Positions 50,791 through 61,816 of a stretch of DNA of 64,000 nt are shown piece after piece. A program made the translations under genes and the position numbers. Position 1 is the stretch's first letter; each line of letters opens with the position of its first letter. Below the pieces are notes generated by a model. That model did not search any database. It was given only the letters and a program-made list of their open reading frames with translations, and had not been told where the DNA came from. The DNA comes from Candidatus Ozemobacteraceae bacterium (GTDB lineage: Bacteria > Muiribacteriota > Ozemobacteria > Ozemobacterales > Ozemobacteraceae): NCBI GenBank assembly GCA_965140445.1, contig OZ223236.1, forward strand, positions 3,552,001-3,616,000, read 5' to 3'.

Positions 50791-51211
50791 ACCGCTTTTT
50801 GCTGTTAACTCTATTTTAAAACCTCTTCGAGGACTTCGGGCTTAGCGTTTGCCGAGGAGTTTGTTAAAAGGCCAGTTAAAGCCGTCTCTCTCTGTAATAT
50901 TCTTTAAAGGATACATTCCTTTTAAGAAAAAAACCGGGAACTTAATAAACCGTAAAAAAAGAATGTTAAGTTAAGAAAGACAAAGATCCTTATACTCCTT
51001 TTTACGGGAGTGTCACATAACAATCAGATCTGATTCTTTAACAGAACTAAAAGCAATAAGAAAGTGCCATTAAGAAGTATGAGTGTTTTTAAAATCCACA
51101 GATGAAAAAGATTGCTTGCTCTTAAATAACAAAATTCAATGCCAGGCTATAAAAGGAATATTCAAAATATAAACAATTCGCACTTGTAGAAACAATGTTA
51201 CTACAAGTAAT

Positions 51212-53443
51212 TTATTTGCCCTTTACTTCTTCAGCATTTTCTTCCTGGCTACCTTCTGAGGCTTCAATAACTTCGACCTCTTCACCCTTATTATGGCTAA
51301 GCAATAAATCCTCGCCCATGTCTCGAGTCTCAAGAATAAAGTGAGCCAGCATTCTATTCAATTCTTCAGAAACCATACTCAAATGGCGTGTAATCTTAGC
51401 CATATCCTGAATTGAATCACGTTGAGTTTTTAATGAATTCAAAACTTCATCAACCTCATTAGTTGTGGTCTTTGTTGTAATTGAAAGATTCTCAATTGAG
51501 AGGCTGATTGCTTCAATATTCTTACTTTGCTCAATAGAGGACTTACTAATATCTTGCACCTGAACATTAACGCTTTCAGAAGCCATTCCAATTTCATCAA
51601 GATAAGCACCGGCCTGGTTAATAATTTTAACCCCTTCTTGTACTCTTTCTTTACCAAGATTCATTTCTTCAACTGCTTTGTTTGTCTTGGTCTGGATTTC
51701 ATTAATCAAAGCCCCGATTTCTTCTGCAGCTTTCGCACTCTGCTCTGCAAGTTTTTTAACGTTAGCAGCAACAACGACAAATCCCTTGCCTTGCTCCCCT
51801 GCCCTTGCCGCTTCAATCGATGCATTTAAGGCTAGAAGGTTGGTTTGTCTTGAAATAGCAGTGATTGTAAGAACAATTTTTCCAATTCTTCTGGATTGGG
51901 ATTTTAGCTCTTCCAAAACTCTTGAAGAATCACCAACCGCTCTTTCAATTTCTTTAATTGTAGTTGATGCCTCTCTAACCGATTCCATCCCTTGACTCGC
52001 TTTCAAACGGTTTTGGACAGATTCTTCATAAGCCCTATTTGATCTCTTGGCAATCAGCTGGGAATTAGCTGAGATCTCTTGAATTGCGGCTGCGGTTGAT
52101 TCCAGAGTAATTGCAGAATCCTTCGAAGCCTTAGTAATTCTCTGAGTATTCCCAAAGATATTTTGAATTGATTCATTTGATTGAATTGTTGAATCTGAAA
52201 TCTGATTTGCCATTGATGCAAGACGATTAATGACATCCTGGATTTGTAGAAGAAGCTTTTGAATGTAACCAATGAATCTGTTAAAGCGGTCAGAAACTTC
52301 AGTAAGCTCATCTTTACCAACAATAGCAAGACGTTTTGTCAAATCACCACGACCGCGGGAAATTTCCTCCAAACCTTGGGAAACTCCTCGAATTGAAGTA
52401 ACAACACCACTGATAACCGCCATTGTAATTCCTGTCATTACTATAAGTCCAAAAATTATCAGGAATAAAGAGAAGTTCTGCGCTTTGTTAAGCGCTCCCA
52501 TCATTCCCCTGGTATCAACCATGGTAATAAGAACCCAATTCGTTCCCTGAACCGGTATCGCATTCAAAAATATGTTAGCTCTATTTCCCTTTAAAAATGT
52601 TTTAAAAACACTTTTATTATTAATAATCTTTTCTGCGTGATCTTGTAGTTCAGGCTCAGCAGAGTTTAGAAAAATATTTCTCTGCGGATCAAGAATAGTG
52701 TCTTTGTCTTTATGAGTTAAGTAAAAACCATTTTGAACAGGCTCACGAGTCACCACAGCGCAGCGCCCCTGCAAGGCATTTAAAGCGTTTGGAATAGATT
52801 CAAGAATTCTTTCCAAACTGATCCCCACCATTACAACACCAATTGTTTTTTTCAAATATGTAACTGGCTTAGCAATATAAATAATGCGCTCTCGGGTATC
52901 AAGATCTGATGAAGAGAAAACAACCGGAGTTTTATAAACTCCTTCATTTTCGAAAAAGTCTTCCATTCTAACCGTAATAAATTTCTCATATGGTGGTGAT
53001 TCAATCGATAACTCAGCACCATTAATCCCCAATCTGTAGTAGGTCTTGCCATCTTCTGATAAAAGGGCCACCTCAACAAGATCAGTGCCCCCCCCAGTTT
53101 CTTCGCTCTTTCTTAACAATCCCTCCAGAGGAGACTTAAGCACTTGAAGCCATTGATTGATAAGTTCTTCCTGATCGGGAGCCTGGTCTTTCCAGGATAA
53201 ATACTGAACTGTGGAATTCAATTTTGAAACATAATCACAAAGGTTTTCATAAAACCGGACAGAGGCTGTTATACGCTTTCCTTCTGTGGCAAGAACAGTT
53301 TCAATCTGCAAAGGAATCTGACTCTTTACAGCCCCTCTAATTTTATCTGAGGTAAAAAATGTGAGTCCAAGAAGAATGAACGAGACAACCACCATTGTTA
53401 TAAACAATCTGGCTTTAATCTTTAAATTTGAAAAGAATTCCAC
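51212..53443 (-). CDS. Methyl-accepting chemotaxis protein (periplasmic Cache-like sensor, HAMP)
   Basis: Two TMs, HAMP GDLTKRL...DEL and signalling hairpin [30 protein letters not shown]. Confidence 0.95.
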   Translation of the reverse strand: MEFFSNLKIKARLFITMVVVSFILLGLTFFTSDKIRGAVKSQIPLQIETVLATEGKRITASVRFYENLCDYVSKLNSTVQYLSWKDQAPDQEELINQWLQVLKSPLEGLLRKSEETGGGTDLVEVALLSEDGKTYYRLGINGAELSIESPPYEKFITVRMEDFFENEGVYKTPVVFSSSDLDTRERIIYIAKPVTYLKKTIGVVMVGISLERILESIPNALNALQGRCAVVTREPVQNGFYLTHKDKDTILDPQRNIFLNSAEPELQDHAEKIINNKSVFKTFLKGNRANIFLNAIPVQGTNWVLITMVDTRGMMGALNKAQNFSLFLIIFGLIVMTGITMAVISGVVTSIRGVSQGLEEISRGRGDLTKRLAIVGKDELTEVSDRFNRFIGYIQKLLLQIQDVINRLASMANQISDSTIQSNESIQNIFGNTQRITKASKDSAITLESTAAAIQEISANSQLIAKRSNRAYEESVQNRLKASQGMESVREASTTIKEIERAVGDSSRVLEELKSQSRRIGKIVLTITAISRQTNLLALNASIEAARAGEQGKGFVVVAANVKKLAEQSAKAAEEIGALINEIQTKTNKAVEEMNLGKERVQEGVKIINQAGAYLDEIGMASESVNVQVQDISKSSIEQSKNIEAISLSIENLSITTKTTTNEVDEVLNSLKTQRDSIQDMAKITRHLSMVSEELNRMLAHFILETRDMGEDLLLSHNKGEEVEVIEASEGSQEENAEEVKGK

Positions 53444-53452
53444 AATATTTCC

Positions 53453-54913
53453 TTATCTTCTGGGTATAAGTAACGTTTTTCCGGCAATTAAAGTCGATTT
53501 GGTTGAAATGCCATTTAAGTAACAAATACTGCTAATAGAAACCTTAAATTTCTTGGCAATTTTTGCTAAATAGTCGCCTTTCCTGATTTTATACTTTCTA
53601 GCTCTCTTCTTAGCTCTTTCAAGCTTCTCTTTCGCCAGAGCTTTTCTCTTTTCACGGCTCTTTTTTAAACTTTCCTGTTTTTGAATATAAGCTAAGTAGG
53701 TCTGATCGACGCCTTTTTCAATATTTCCTGACAGGAAATCTTTTACGCCAAGATAAACCCCTTGAGCGAGCCGAGTTCTGTAGGTATAGTTTTTTAAAAT
53801 TTTAGAATCTTGAAGATTTGAAGTATAACCGAATTCAACAAGTATTGAAGGCATTGCCATTGAATGTAAGACTTTAAAGCCAGCTCTTTTTACACCTCGC
53901 GAAGGCATACTTTTTACAGACTGCTTAAGGCGCGATTCAATTTTTTCCGCCAACTTATGGCTTTGAAACATTGTTTCAGCCTGCTGTTTAACAATTGTGC
54001 GTTTAACCTTCTTAACAGCTGGTTTGCCATAGCTTCCAGAAAAATCTACTTCATTTTCTTTCTCAGCAACTAGCCTTTCGGCCTCTCCAACTGCACCTTT
54101 TGGCGATTCGTAATAAACTTCAATTCCACGGATCTGTTTTTTGCGATTATAATTGACGTGCAGACTTACAAAGGCATCCGCGCCAAGTCGCTCAGAGATT
54201 TCTCTACGCCTTTCCAATGGAATAATGTAATCTCCGCTTCTGGTCAAAATCGCTTTAAACCGGGGATCTCTATCAAAGTAAGCTTTAATCAATTTCCCTA
54301 TGGTTAGCACATAATGTTTTTCAATTATTCCATTGTGGCTTGTTCCAGGGTCTTCACCGCCATGACCAGGATCTAAGACAACAATTTTTACATTGTTGGA
54401 TTTAAGCTTTTTAACTTCAGTTATCTCAGCTTTTCTTCTTTTCTCAAAGGTTGAAACCGGTTCTCTAAGAAAAATTACAATTCGGTCAGACTTTTTTGGG
54501 TTTTTGGGCAATACAAAGGTTTTGGCCTCAACCCCCATTGGAACTCGAAAAAAGACTCTAACTATTCCTTTAGTTCTCTCTTGAACGGTAAGTATATCCA
54601 GAAATGGGTTTTTTAATGGATATCTCTGCCTTCCTGGCCTAAAAGAACACCCAGAAACATCAAAAAACAGGGTTCCATCCCGAAGCTTCCCAACTGGCGA
54701 AACACGAGGAGCAAAACTTAGATCCAGAACCACTTGTGCTTCTTCAGGGCTTTGCCAGAATCTAATATCAGTTATTCTTCCTATGTCTTCAGCAAATGCT
54801 TCAATATGAAAAGAAAGAAAAAATAAAAGAAAAATACAAACTGAAAAAGCAGCAAACAAACCTTTATTAATAGGCTTAACGAGTTTTTTATTTGTGTAGA
54901 ATTTATTCATCAT
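53453..54913 (-). CDS. N-acetylmuramoyl-L-alanine amidase (AMIN-like + Amidase_3 + LysM)
   Basis: VVLDPGHGGEDPG, FVSLHVN, PSILVEFGY and C-terminal LysM YKIRKGDYLAKIAKKF. Confidence 0.92.
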   Translation of the reverse strand: MMNKFYTNKKLVKPINKGLFAAFSVCIFLLFFLSFHIEAFAEDIGRITDIRFWQSPEEAQVVLDLSFAPRVSPVGKLRDGTLFFDVSGCSFRPGRQRYPLKNPFLDILTVQERTKGIVRVFFRVPMGVEAKTFVLPKNPKKSDRIVIFLREPVSTFEKRRKAEITEVKKLKSNNVKIVVLDPGHGGEDPGTSHNGIIEKHYVLTIGKLIKAYFDRDPRFKAILTRSGDYIIPLERRREISERLGADAFVSLHVNYNRKKQIRGIEVYYESPKGAVGEAERLVAEKENEVDFSGSYGKPAVKKVKRTIVKQQAETMFQSHKLAEKIESRLKQSVKSMPSRGVKRAGFKVLHSMAMPSILVEFGYTSNLQDSKILKNYTYRTRLAQGVYLGVKDFLSGNIEKGVDQTYLAYIQKQESLKKSREKRKALAKEKLERAKKRARKYKIRKGDYLAKIAKKFKVSISSICYLNGISTKSTLIAGKTLLIPRR

Positions 54914-54999
54914 ATTTAGTTTAAAGTATTATAACAACAAGGAAGTATAACAATTTTCTCTTGAGGTTTAAAGAAATTTGGAAGGTTATTTTACAATTT

Positions 55000-55647
55000 T
55001 TAAATAAATTTGCAATCCCTTTTAAGCGCTTTTGCCAAACGCGACATATATTCTTTTCTTGGGATCTCAATTGCACCAAGACGTGCAGTATGTGGAGTAA
55101 TTACCTGACTATCGAATAAAAAGTAGCCTTGATTTTTCAATCTCTTAATAAGGGCCTGGAGAGCAATTGTAGAGGCATTTGATCTTCGGTAAAACATAGA
55201 TTCGCCAGCAAAAAAGCCCCTTATTGCTACCCCATAAATACCTCCCACCAGTTCAGACTCTTCCCAAACCTCCACGCTGTGTGCCAATCCCAACTCAAAC
55301 ATCTTGCAATATGCACTAATGAATTCCTTAGTAACCCAACTCTCTTCCCTTCCCGGAAAAGGTTCAGCACATTTTTCCATAACTTTTTTAAAAGCTTCAT
55401 CAAAAGAAATCCTGAACTTCGAATTCCGAAAATATCTTTCCGCTCTTTTGGAAATGGCGAAATTGTCTATATCGAAGATTGCTCTAGGATCAGGTGACCA
55501 CCAGGTAATCGGATGGACCGTCCAGGGAAATATTCCGCTAGTATATGCGGTTACAAGAGTTTCAGGCCTCAGATCTCCACCGAAAGCTAACAATCCGTCT
55601 TCATCTGCAATTTCAACGTCGGGAAAAATGATTCTTCCTGTATTCAA
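55000..55647 (-). CDS. aat: Leucyl/phenylalanyl-tRNA--protein transferase
   Basis: GLLAFGGDL, AYTSGIFPW, WWSPDPR, AHSVEVW and FAGESMF motifs. Confidence 0.95.
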   Translation of the reverse strand: MNTGRIIFPDVEIADEDGLLAFGGDLRPETLVTAYTSGIFPWTVHPITWWSPDPRAIFDIDNFAISKRAERYFRNSKFRISFDEAFKKVMEKCAEPFPGREESWVTKEFISAYCKMFELGLAHSVEVWEESELVGGIYGVAIRGFFAGESMFYRRSNASTIALQALIKRLKNQGYFLFDSQVITPHTARLGAIEIPRKEYMSRLAKALKRDCKFI

Positions 55648-55841
55648 TGCTGTGATTCCAATGAAAAAGATTTATCTCTACTTATAGCAGTTTTTTCAAA
55701 TGCATTAAAGCCCTAATTGCTACCATAAATTTTTTTCCCATAAAACCATTCAAATAGAGAAGAAAAGTTTGAATTTTTTTGCAATATTGTGTTACTTTTA
55801 CCTTCCTTTACAAGGATTGTACCTTTCAGGAGAAAAAAATA

Positions 55842-57182
55842 ATGAAGGAACCCATGACATTTTCAGGAGGCTTGCATCCTCCAGAATTGAAGACAACCTC
55901 AGCAGAAAACATAGTCGAACTACCAATTCCAGAGAAGGTCATTCTCCATGTTTCCCAACATATCGGAGCACCTGCCAGACCAATTCACAAAATCACAGAT
56001 GTGGTTGAATGCGGAAAATGCATAGCTGAGCCCGGTGGCTTTGTTTCAGCACCAGTGCATGCCACAATTGGCGGCAAAATAATAGGGGTTGGCAATTTCA
56101 TGCATCCTTTCGGAGTACCGTCTCCTGCCGTAGTTATTGAACGCGACAAAGATATGGCGGAACCAGTCTATGAAAAATGCGATGGATATTCGCTCCCTGC
56201 AGAAGAAATCAAAAATCGCATTCAAAATGCTGGCCTGGTAGGACTTGGCGGAGCAACCTTCCCAACGCACGTTAAGTTATCTCCCCCGGATTCTAAACCG
56301 ATAGATACTGTAATTCTTAATGGGGTAGAATGTGAACCAGCATTAACCTCAGACCACCGCTTGATGTTGGAGCAATCAGATAAGATTATTGATGGCTTAA
56401 AACTAATTATGAAGGTTTTGAATGCTGAAACAGGAATAATTGGTATTGAGTTAAATAAACCTGACGCTATCAAGCTAATGGAACAAAAGGTTAAAAGCGA
56501 AGATCATATTTTTGTTCAACCACTCAAGGTAAAATATCCTCAGGGCGGAGAGAAACAGCTCATTAGCGCATGCATAGGCAAAGAAGTTCCTTCAGGAAAA
56601 CTCCCGATGGATGTTGGAGTAGTTGTACAGAATGTGGCTTCAGCAGCAGCAATTTCAGATGCTGTCAATTACAATAAACCATTAATGGAAAGAGTAGTTA
56701 CTCTCTCCGGAAATTGCGTAAATAAACCTGGAAATTACAAAGTCAGAATTGGCACCCCTGTAGCAGATTTTATAGATATGGCTGGAGGTCTTAAAGAAGA
56801 CGTTCAACTAAAAAAAGTTATTATGGGCGGGCCAATGATGGGATTTGCACTATTTGATCTCAATATCCCAATAATAAAAGGAACCAGCGGAATTCTTTGT
56901 TGGGATGAAAACCAGGCCAAAGTAATGGAAGAAACTTCCTGTCTAAGGTGTGGCAGATGCATAAGAGCCTGCCCCATGGGCTTATTGCCACAACAGCTTA
57001 AAAAGCTTATAGACAGTAAGCAATGGGATCAGGCTGATAAGCTTGGGATTATGGATTGTATGGAATGCGGTTGTTGTTCCTACACTTGCCCTTCTGCATT
57101 ACCACTTGTTCAAACCTTCAAAATGGGTAAAAGATTGGTTATGGCGGAGCGAAAAAAAGCTACACCAATAGAAAAGAAATAA
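55842..57182 (+). CDS. rnfC: Rnf electron transport complex subunit C
   Basis: FSGGLHP, QHIGAPA, GLGGATFPTHVK, NGVECEP, YPQGGEKQL and two 4Fe-4S motifs; ATG at 55842 after AGGAG. Confidence 0.96.
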   Translation: MKEPMTFSGGLHPPELKTTSAENIVELPIPEKVILHVSQHIGAPARPIHKITDVVECGKCIAEPGGFVSAPVHATIGGKIIGVGNFMHPFGVPSPAVVIERDKDMAEPVYEKCDGYSLPAEEIKNRIQNAGLVGLGGATFPTHVKLSPPDSKPIDTVILNGVECEPALTSDHRLMLEQSDKIIDGLKLIMKVLNAETGIIGIELNKPDAIKLMEQKVKSEDHIFVQPLKVKYPQGGEKQLISACIGKEVPSGKLPMDVGVVVQNVASAAAISDAVNYNKPLMERVVTLSGNCVNKPGNYKVRIGTPVADFIDMAGGLKEDVQLKKVIMGGPMMGFALFDLNIPIIKGTSGILCWDENQAKVMEETSCLRCGRCIRACPMGLLPQQLKKLIDSKQWDQADKLGIMDCMECGCCSYTCPSALPLVQTFKMGKRLVMAERKKATPIEKK

Positions 57183-57197
57183 TAAGGGAATAAGATA

Positions 57198-58253
57198 ATG
57201 AGCGAAACTAAAAAACTAGCTCCCAGACTTCTGGTAACCAGCTCTCCGCATATTCATGCTGGACTTTCCGCTACCAGAGTTATGTGGGATGTAAATATTT
57301 CATTGATTCCAGCACTCGCCATGAGTCTTTACGTCTTTGGACCTAAAGCCGCTGTAGTTGTTTTAATGTCTATTCTAGGTGCAGTAAGTGCCGAAGCTGG
57401 AATTCAAAAATTCCTTCTTAAAAAGAAAGTTTCAATTTTTGATGGAAGTGCTTTTTTAACCGGCCTGCTTCTTGCTTTTTGTGTTCCTGCAGCACTTCCA
57501 TGGTGGGTGGCCTTCTTAGGTGGTTTTATCGCGGTAGCTTTTGGGAAACAGGTCTATGGTGGTCTTGGGCAAAACATTTTTAACCCTGCACATGTAGCCA
57601 GAGCAATTCTGTTGGCAAGTTATCCTGTATACATGACTACCTGGCTAAAACCTGGCTCTTATTGCTCTGCAGCTAATTGCCTGCCAGATGGCTTAACCGG
57701 AGCAACACCACTTGCGGTTTTAAAAGGGATAAGTAAAAACACAGAATTGGTAAATCAACTTCAAGCATCTGGAACTTCAATAGTGACTCATGCTTTAACC
57801 CAGTTAAACATTACATTTAGTGACATGTTTATCGGAAACATTGGTGGCTCTTTAGGGGAAACCAGCAAACTAGCTCTTCTGCTAGGCGGTATTTTCATCC
57901 TGCTTAGAGGCCATATAACCTGGCATGCACCAGTTACAATGATTGGAACTGTTTTTGCCGGCGCTTTCATTTTTGGAGGCTCAATGGATTTTGCACTTTA
58001 TCACCTGCTTGCTGGTGGATTATTTATTGGCGCAATATTTATGGTTACGGATATGGTTACCTCGCCAATGACAACTACCGGGCACCTTATTTTTGGCTTT
58101 GGATGTGGTGCAATAACATTACTGATTCGCTTAAAAGGTGGATACCCAGAAGGTGTTTGTTACTCAATATTAATTATGAACGCATTTGTACCGCTTATAG
58201 ATAAGTTTACCGTTCCAAGAAAATTTGGAACTGAAAAGGAGGTTAAGGCATGA
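57198..58253 (+). CDS. rnfD: Rnf subunit D
   Basis: SSPHIH, KQVYGGLGQNIFNPA, FMN site TGATPL and GYPEGV. Confidence 0.96.
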   Translation: MSETKKLAPRLLVTSSPHIHAGLSATRVMWDVNISLIPALAMSLYVFGPKAAVVVLMSILGAVSAEAGIQKFLLKKKVSIFDGSAFLTGLLLAFCVPAALPWWVAFLGGFIAVAFGKQVYGGLGQNIFNPAHVARAILLASYPVYMTTWLKPGSYCSAANCLPDGLTGATPLAVLKGISKNTELVNQLQASGTSIVTHALTQLNITFSDMFIGNIGGSLGETSKLALLLGGIFILLRGHITWHAPVTMIGTVFAGAFIFGGSMDFALYHLLAGGLFIGAIFMVTDMVTSPMTTTGHLIFGFGCGAITLLIRLKGGYPEGVCYSILIMNAFVPLIDKFTVPRKFGTEKEVKA

Positions 58254-58882
58254 AAGACATGATAAAAATGGGTCTTTTCCTCTTTGTAGTTGCGGCTATT
58301 GCCGGAATCTTACTTGCAGCGACAGAATCTTTCACAGCCCCTAAGATTGAAGCCAACAAGAAAATGATTCTTGAAAAGGCAAGACTTGAAGTATTGCCTA
58401 CAGCTAAAGCCTTTAAGGAAGTAGAACTTGAAGTTCCAGGTCCAGATGGAAAAACTGAAAAAGTAAATATTTATGCAGGATTTGATTCGGCCAATAAAAT
58501 CGCTGGAATAGTGGTTAGCGAATCTCCAAAAGGCTATGGTGGACCAATTGAAATGGTATTAGGTATGGATCTTAATGGAAAAATCAGTGGTGTTAAAATT
58601 CTTTCCCAAAAAGAAACACCAGGTCTTGGAACTAAACTAGCCGAACCCTCATTTTTAAATCCATTTATGAAATTAATTGAATCAAAACCTCAGCCAAACT
58701 TCAGAGTTAAGCAAGACAGCGGAGATGTTGATGCAATAACAGCAGCAACAATTAGTTCCAGAGCCTTTTGTTCTGGTATCAGGCAAGGCAATGCATTATT
58801 TGAAACCGTAAAAGAAAAACTTCAAACAATTCAGCCGCCAGTTGCTAGGACTGAAGCCCAACCACAGGGGGAAGTAAAATGA
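58250..58882 (+). CDS. rnfG: Rnf subunit G
   Basis: GYGGPI, ETPGLG and DAITAATISS motifs. Confidence 0.94.
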   Translation: MKDMIKMGLFLFVVAAIAGILLAATESFTAPKIEANKKMILEKARLEVLPTAKAFKEVELEVPGPDGKTEKVNIYAGFDSANKIAGIVVSESPKGYGGPIEMVLGMDLNGKISGVKILSQKETPGLGTKLAEPSFLNPFMKLIESKPQPNFRVKQDSGDVDAITAATISSRAFCSGIRQGNALFETVKEKLQTIQPPVARTEAQPQGEVK

Positions 58883-59469
58883 CAAATCTTGAGCAAATCA
58901 CCAAGGGATTCTGGAAAGAAAACCCTATATTTGTAATTGCCCTGGGCCTATGCCCCGCTCTTGCCGTTTCTTCTTCCTTAGTTAACGCCTTAGGAATGGG
59001 AATTGCTGCAACATTTGTGCTACTTGGCTCAAATGTAATTGTTTCTTTAATCCGAAATCTTGTTCCAGCAAAAATAAGAATCCCCGTTTTTATAGTTATT
59101 ATTGCAACCTTTGTAACAATGATTGATAAATTGATCGCTGCATTTTCTCCTTCTCTTTCAGCGAGTCTGGGAATCTTTATTCCTCTAATTGTTGTTAACT
59201 GCGTAATTCTTGGAAGGGCTGAATCCTTTGCCAGTAAAAACCCACCACTCGCCTCTGCAATGGACGCGTTGGGAATGGGAGCCGGATTCACAATAGCTCT
59301 TGTTTGTATAGCATTTTTCAGAGAATTACTAGGAGATGGAAAACTTTTAGGTTACTCAATTCCATTTTTTAGCAATGACCCAGCGTTAATAATGATTATG
59401 GCTCCAGGCGGCTTTATTGTTTTTGGACTATTAATTGCTTTAAAACGCCACATGGAAGCCAGGGGGTAA
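58879..59469 (+). CDS. rnfE: Rnf subunit E
   Basis: ENPIFV.LGLCPALAV and IPLIVVNCVILGRAE motifs. Confidence 0.95.
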   Translation: MTNLEQITKGFWKENPIFVIALGLCPALAVSSSLVNALGMGIAATFVLLGSNVIVSLIRNLVPAKIRIPVFIVIIATFVTMIDKLIAAFSPSLSASLGIFIPLIVVNCVILGRAESFASKNPPLASAMDALGMGAGFTIALVCIAFFRELLGDGKLLGYSIPFFSNDPALIMIMAPGGFIVFGLLIALKRHMEARG

Positions 59470-59475
59470 AAAATT

Positions 59476-60054
59476 ATGACTAGTAGCATTATTGCAATTT
59501 TTATTGTTGCAGTTTTTATTGAAAACTTTGTCTTAAACCAGATCTTGGGTATTTGCCCATTTATTGGCGTTTCAAATAAGCTGGACTCAGCTGTGGGAAT
59601 GGGTTTCGCCGTTACTTTTGTAATGGTAATGGCTGGAGTAGTTACATGGACAATTCAAAATTTTATTCTAGTGCCACTCCATCTGGAATATCTTCAAACG
59701 ATTTCTTTTATTCTGGTAATTGCTTCGCTGGTTCAATTTGTAGAAATGGTAGTAAAAAAGACCGCTCCTGCACTTTATCAATCTCTTGGAGTCTTCCTTC
59801 CACTTATCACAACTAACTGTGCTGTTTTGGGAGCTTCATTAATTAACATCAAAAAAGGCTATGGCTTAATGGAAGCTACAGCAAACAGTTTCGGTGCTGG
59901 AATTGGATTTTTCTTCGCTCTCATAATAATGGCAGGAATCCGTGAAAGATTAAACATCTCTGAAATTCCAGAAGCAATGAAAGGCGCCCCAATAACGTTC
60001 ATAACAGCTGGATTGCTTGCAACAGCATTTATGGGCTTTTCCGGGTTAGTATAA
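59476..60054 (+). CDS. rnfA: Rnf subunit A
   Basis: LGICPFIGVS, LPLITTNCAVLG and AFMGFSGL motifs. Confidence 0.95.
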   Translation: MTSSIIAIFIVAVFIENFVLNQILGICPFIGVSNKLDSAVGMGFAVTFVMVMAGVVTWTIQNFILVPLHLEYLQTISFILVIASLVQFVEMVVKKTAPALYQSLGVFLPLITTNCAVLGASLINIKKGYGLMEATANSFGAGIGFFFALIIMAGIRERLNISEIPEAMKGAPITFITAGLLATAFMGFSGLV

Positions 60055-60061
60055 AGGTAGG

Positions 60062-61081
60062 TTGCAAATGATATCTCAAATTATCCCTGCTGTATTAGTT
60101 TTAGGATGTCTCGGATTTGTTTTCGGAGCCATTCTTTCTTATGCTTCCAAAAAATTTGAAGTAAAAGTAGACCCTAAAGTCGAACAAACACTTGAGCTCC
60201 TTCCAGGCGCTAACTGCGGTGGGTGCGGATTCCCTGGTTGTGCAGGAATGGCAGAAGCCATAGCTTTAAAGGGAGTTTCTGTTACTCTTTGTCCGGTTAT
60301 CTCGCCAGAAAACCGAAAGAAAATTGAAGAGCTCATGGGCTCGGACAAGCTTTCAGAAGGTGACAAAAAACCTGTAGTCAAGGCTGCGTTAGTCAAATGC
60401 AACGGACTCGACGCTGATGAATATAAAAAATTCGAGTATCTGGGAGTTCCAAACTGCCAGGCAGCTGTACTAGTCCAAAATGGCCCGTGGTTATGTCCTC
60501 ATAGATGTATGGGACTTGGTTCATGCGCTGCCTCTTGCCCATTTGATGCAATAAAAATTGGGGATAACCATCTTCCAATAGTTGACGAAGATAAATGTGT
60601 TGCCTGTGGAAAATGTGTTTTAGCATGCCCTAAACAACTAATTGAATTAGTTGATAAGGAACAGAAAGTTCACGTCAAATGTAACTCTCCAGAAAAAGGC
60701 GCAGAAACAAGAAAAGTTTGTAAAGTAGGTTGTATAGGCTGTCAACTTTGCAAAAAAGTTTGTGCTTATGATGCAATCATAATAGAAAACAACCTGGCTA
60801 GAATTGATTATGAAAAATGTGTCGGATGCGGAGCCTGTGTAGCAAAATGTCCACAACACACAATAATCATGGAAGACCAACCTGAATTCAAGGGAAAAGT
60901 CGCGGAAATAGCAAAAGACGATTGCATTGGTTGTACCATATGTTATAAAGTCTGCAAATTCGAAGCTGTTATCGGCGGAACCCCGAAAGAAAAGCACGAA
61001 ATAAAATCTGACAAGTGCGTGGGATGCGGGTTGTGTGCGGAAAAATGTCCTAAAAAATGCATTACAATGAAAGACAAATAG
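60062..61081 (+). CDS. rnfB: Rnf subunit B (long polyferredoxin type)
   Basis: LPGANCGGCGFPGC plus six ferredoxin-type CxxCxxCxxxC-like motifs. Confidence 0.93.
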   Translation: MQMISQIIPAVLVLGCLGFVFGAILSYASKKFEVKVDPKVEQTLELLPGANCGGCGFPGCAGMAEAIALKGVSVTLCPVISPENRKKIEELMGSDKLSEGDKKPVVKAALVKCNGLDADEYKKFEYLGVPNCQAAVLVQNGPWLCPHRCMGLGSCAASCPFDAIKIGDNHLPIVDEDKCVACGKCVLACPKQLIELVDKEQKVHVKCNSPEKGAETRKVCKVGCIGCQLCKKVCAYDAIIIENNLARIDYEKCVGCGACVAKCPQHTIIMEDQPEFKGKVAEIAKDDCIGCTICYKVCKFEAVIGGTPKEKHEIKSDKCVGCGLCAEKCPKKCITMKDK

Positions 61082-61094
61082 AGAGAAACCAGAG

Positions 61095-61793
61095 ATGGAA
61101 ACCAAGCTTTTTACATTTGCCCTTCTTTCCTACTTAATAGGGAGTATACCCACTGGGACAATAGTCTCAAAAATAAAAGGGCAAAATAGCCTTATTGAAC
61201 CTGGAACTCGTTCCACAAAAATGCCAGGGGAGATATTTAAAATTCTTGGCATTCCAACTGGAATATTGGTTTCTTTATTAGATGCATTAAAGGGATTTCT
61301 GGTAGTTACCGTTCTTTTAAAGCATCTCTTTGGCGCAAATGCCGCCGACTCATGGTGGATCGTGAGTATGGGCGGCATGCTCGCAGTTATTGGGCACTGT
61401 AACTCTGCGCTTCTTGGATTTAGAGGTGGCAGAGGACTTGCTCCAACATTTGGTGTAGCTTTTGGAATTCTCCCAATACCAGCAATACTTTCATGTATTC
61501 TGGGAATGTCTCTGGCATTCTGGGGACTGTCAAGCAAACCAGGAGCTCTTAGTGCTGCAGGTGCCCTTCCATTGTTTTCAATTTTATGGGTATTGCTTAT
61601 TAAACCAACCACTAATGTAAATTATCTTTATGTGGTCGCCTTTTTATCTTTATGGACAATGTGGGAACATCGTGATGAGTTAAAAAACTATATGGGAATA
61701 AAAACCATCAATCCTGAAATTATTACCTCAGATGCCGATGCCGATGCCGATGCCGATGCCGATGCCGATGCCGAAATATTAGAGAAAAAATAG
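61095..61793 (+). CDS. plsY: PlsY-family glycerol-3-phosphate acyltransferase-like membrane protein (motifs partly degenerate)
   Basis: YLIGSIPTG, LLDALKG and GH...FRGGRGLA are present. Motif 1 (GSGNxGxTN) and motif 3 (HxxN) are not conserved. Confidence 0.7.
   Translation: METKLFTFALLSYLIGSIPTGTIVSKIKGQNSLIEPGTRSTKMPGEIFKILGIPTGILVSLLDALKGFLVVTVLLKHLFGANAADSWWIVSMGGMLAVIGHCNSALLGFRGGRGLAPTFGVAFGILPIPAILSCILGMSLAFWGLSSKPGALSAAGALPLFSILWVLLIKPTTNVNYLYVVAFLSLWTMWEHRDELKNYMGIKTINPEIITSDADADADADADADAEILEKK
61731..61772 (+). repeat. Perfect hexanucleotide microsatellite (GATGCC)x7 encoding (DA)7
   Basis: Directly visible and in frame at the 3' end of the plsY-like gene. Confidence 0.95.
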
Positions 61794-61816
61794 CAAAAAT
61801 AACTAATTCTTATAAA

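Noticed and set aside
50821..50895. c-di-GMP-I riboswitch (GGCAAAC on the minus strand)
   Set aside because: The GAAA-tetraloop P2 and GACGCAAAGC elements are missing, and it is not upstream of a gene.
60062..61081. Extra ferredoxin domains in RnfB as a novelty
   Set aside because: Long polyferredoxin RnfB proteins are already known from acetogens and clostridia.
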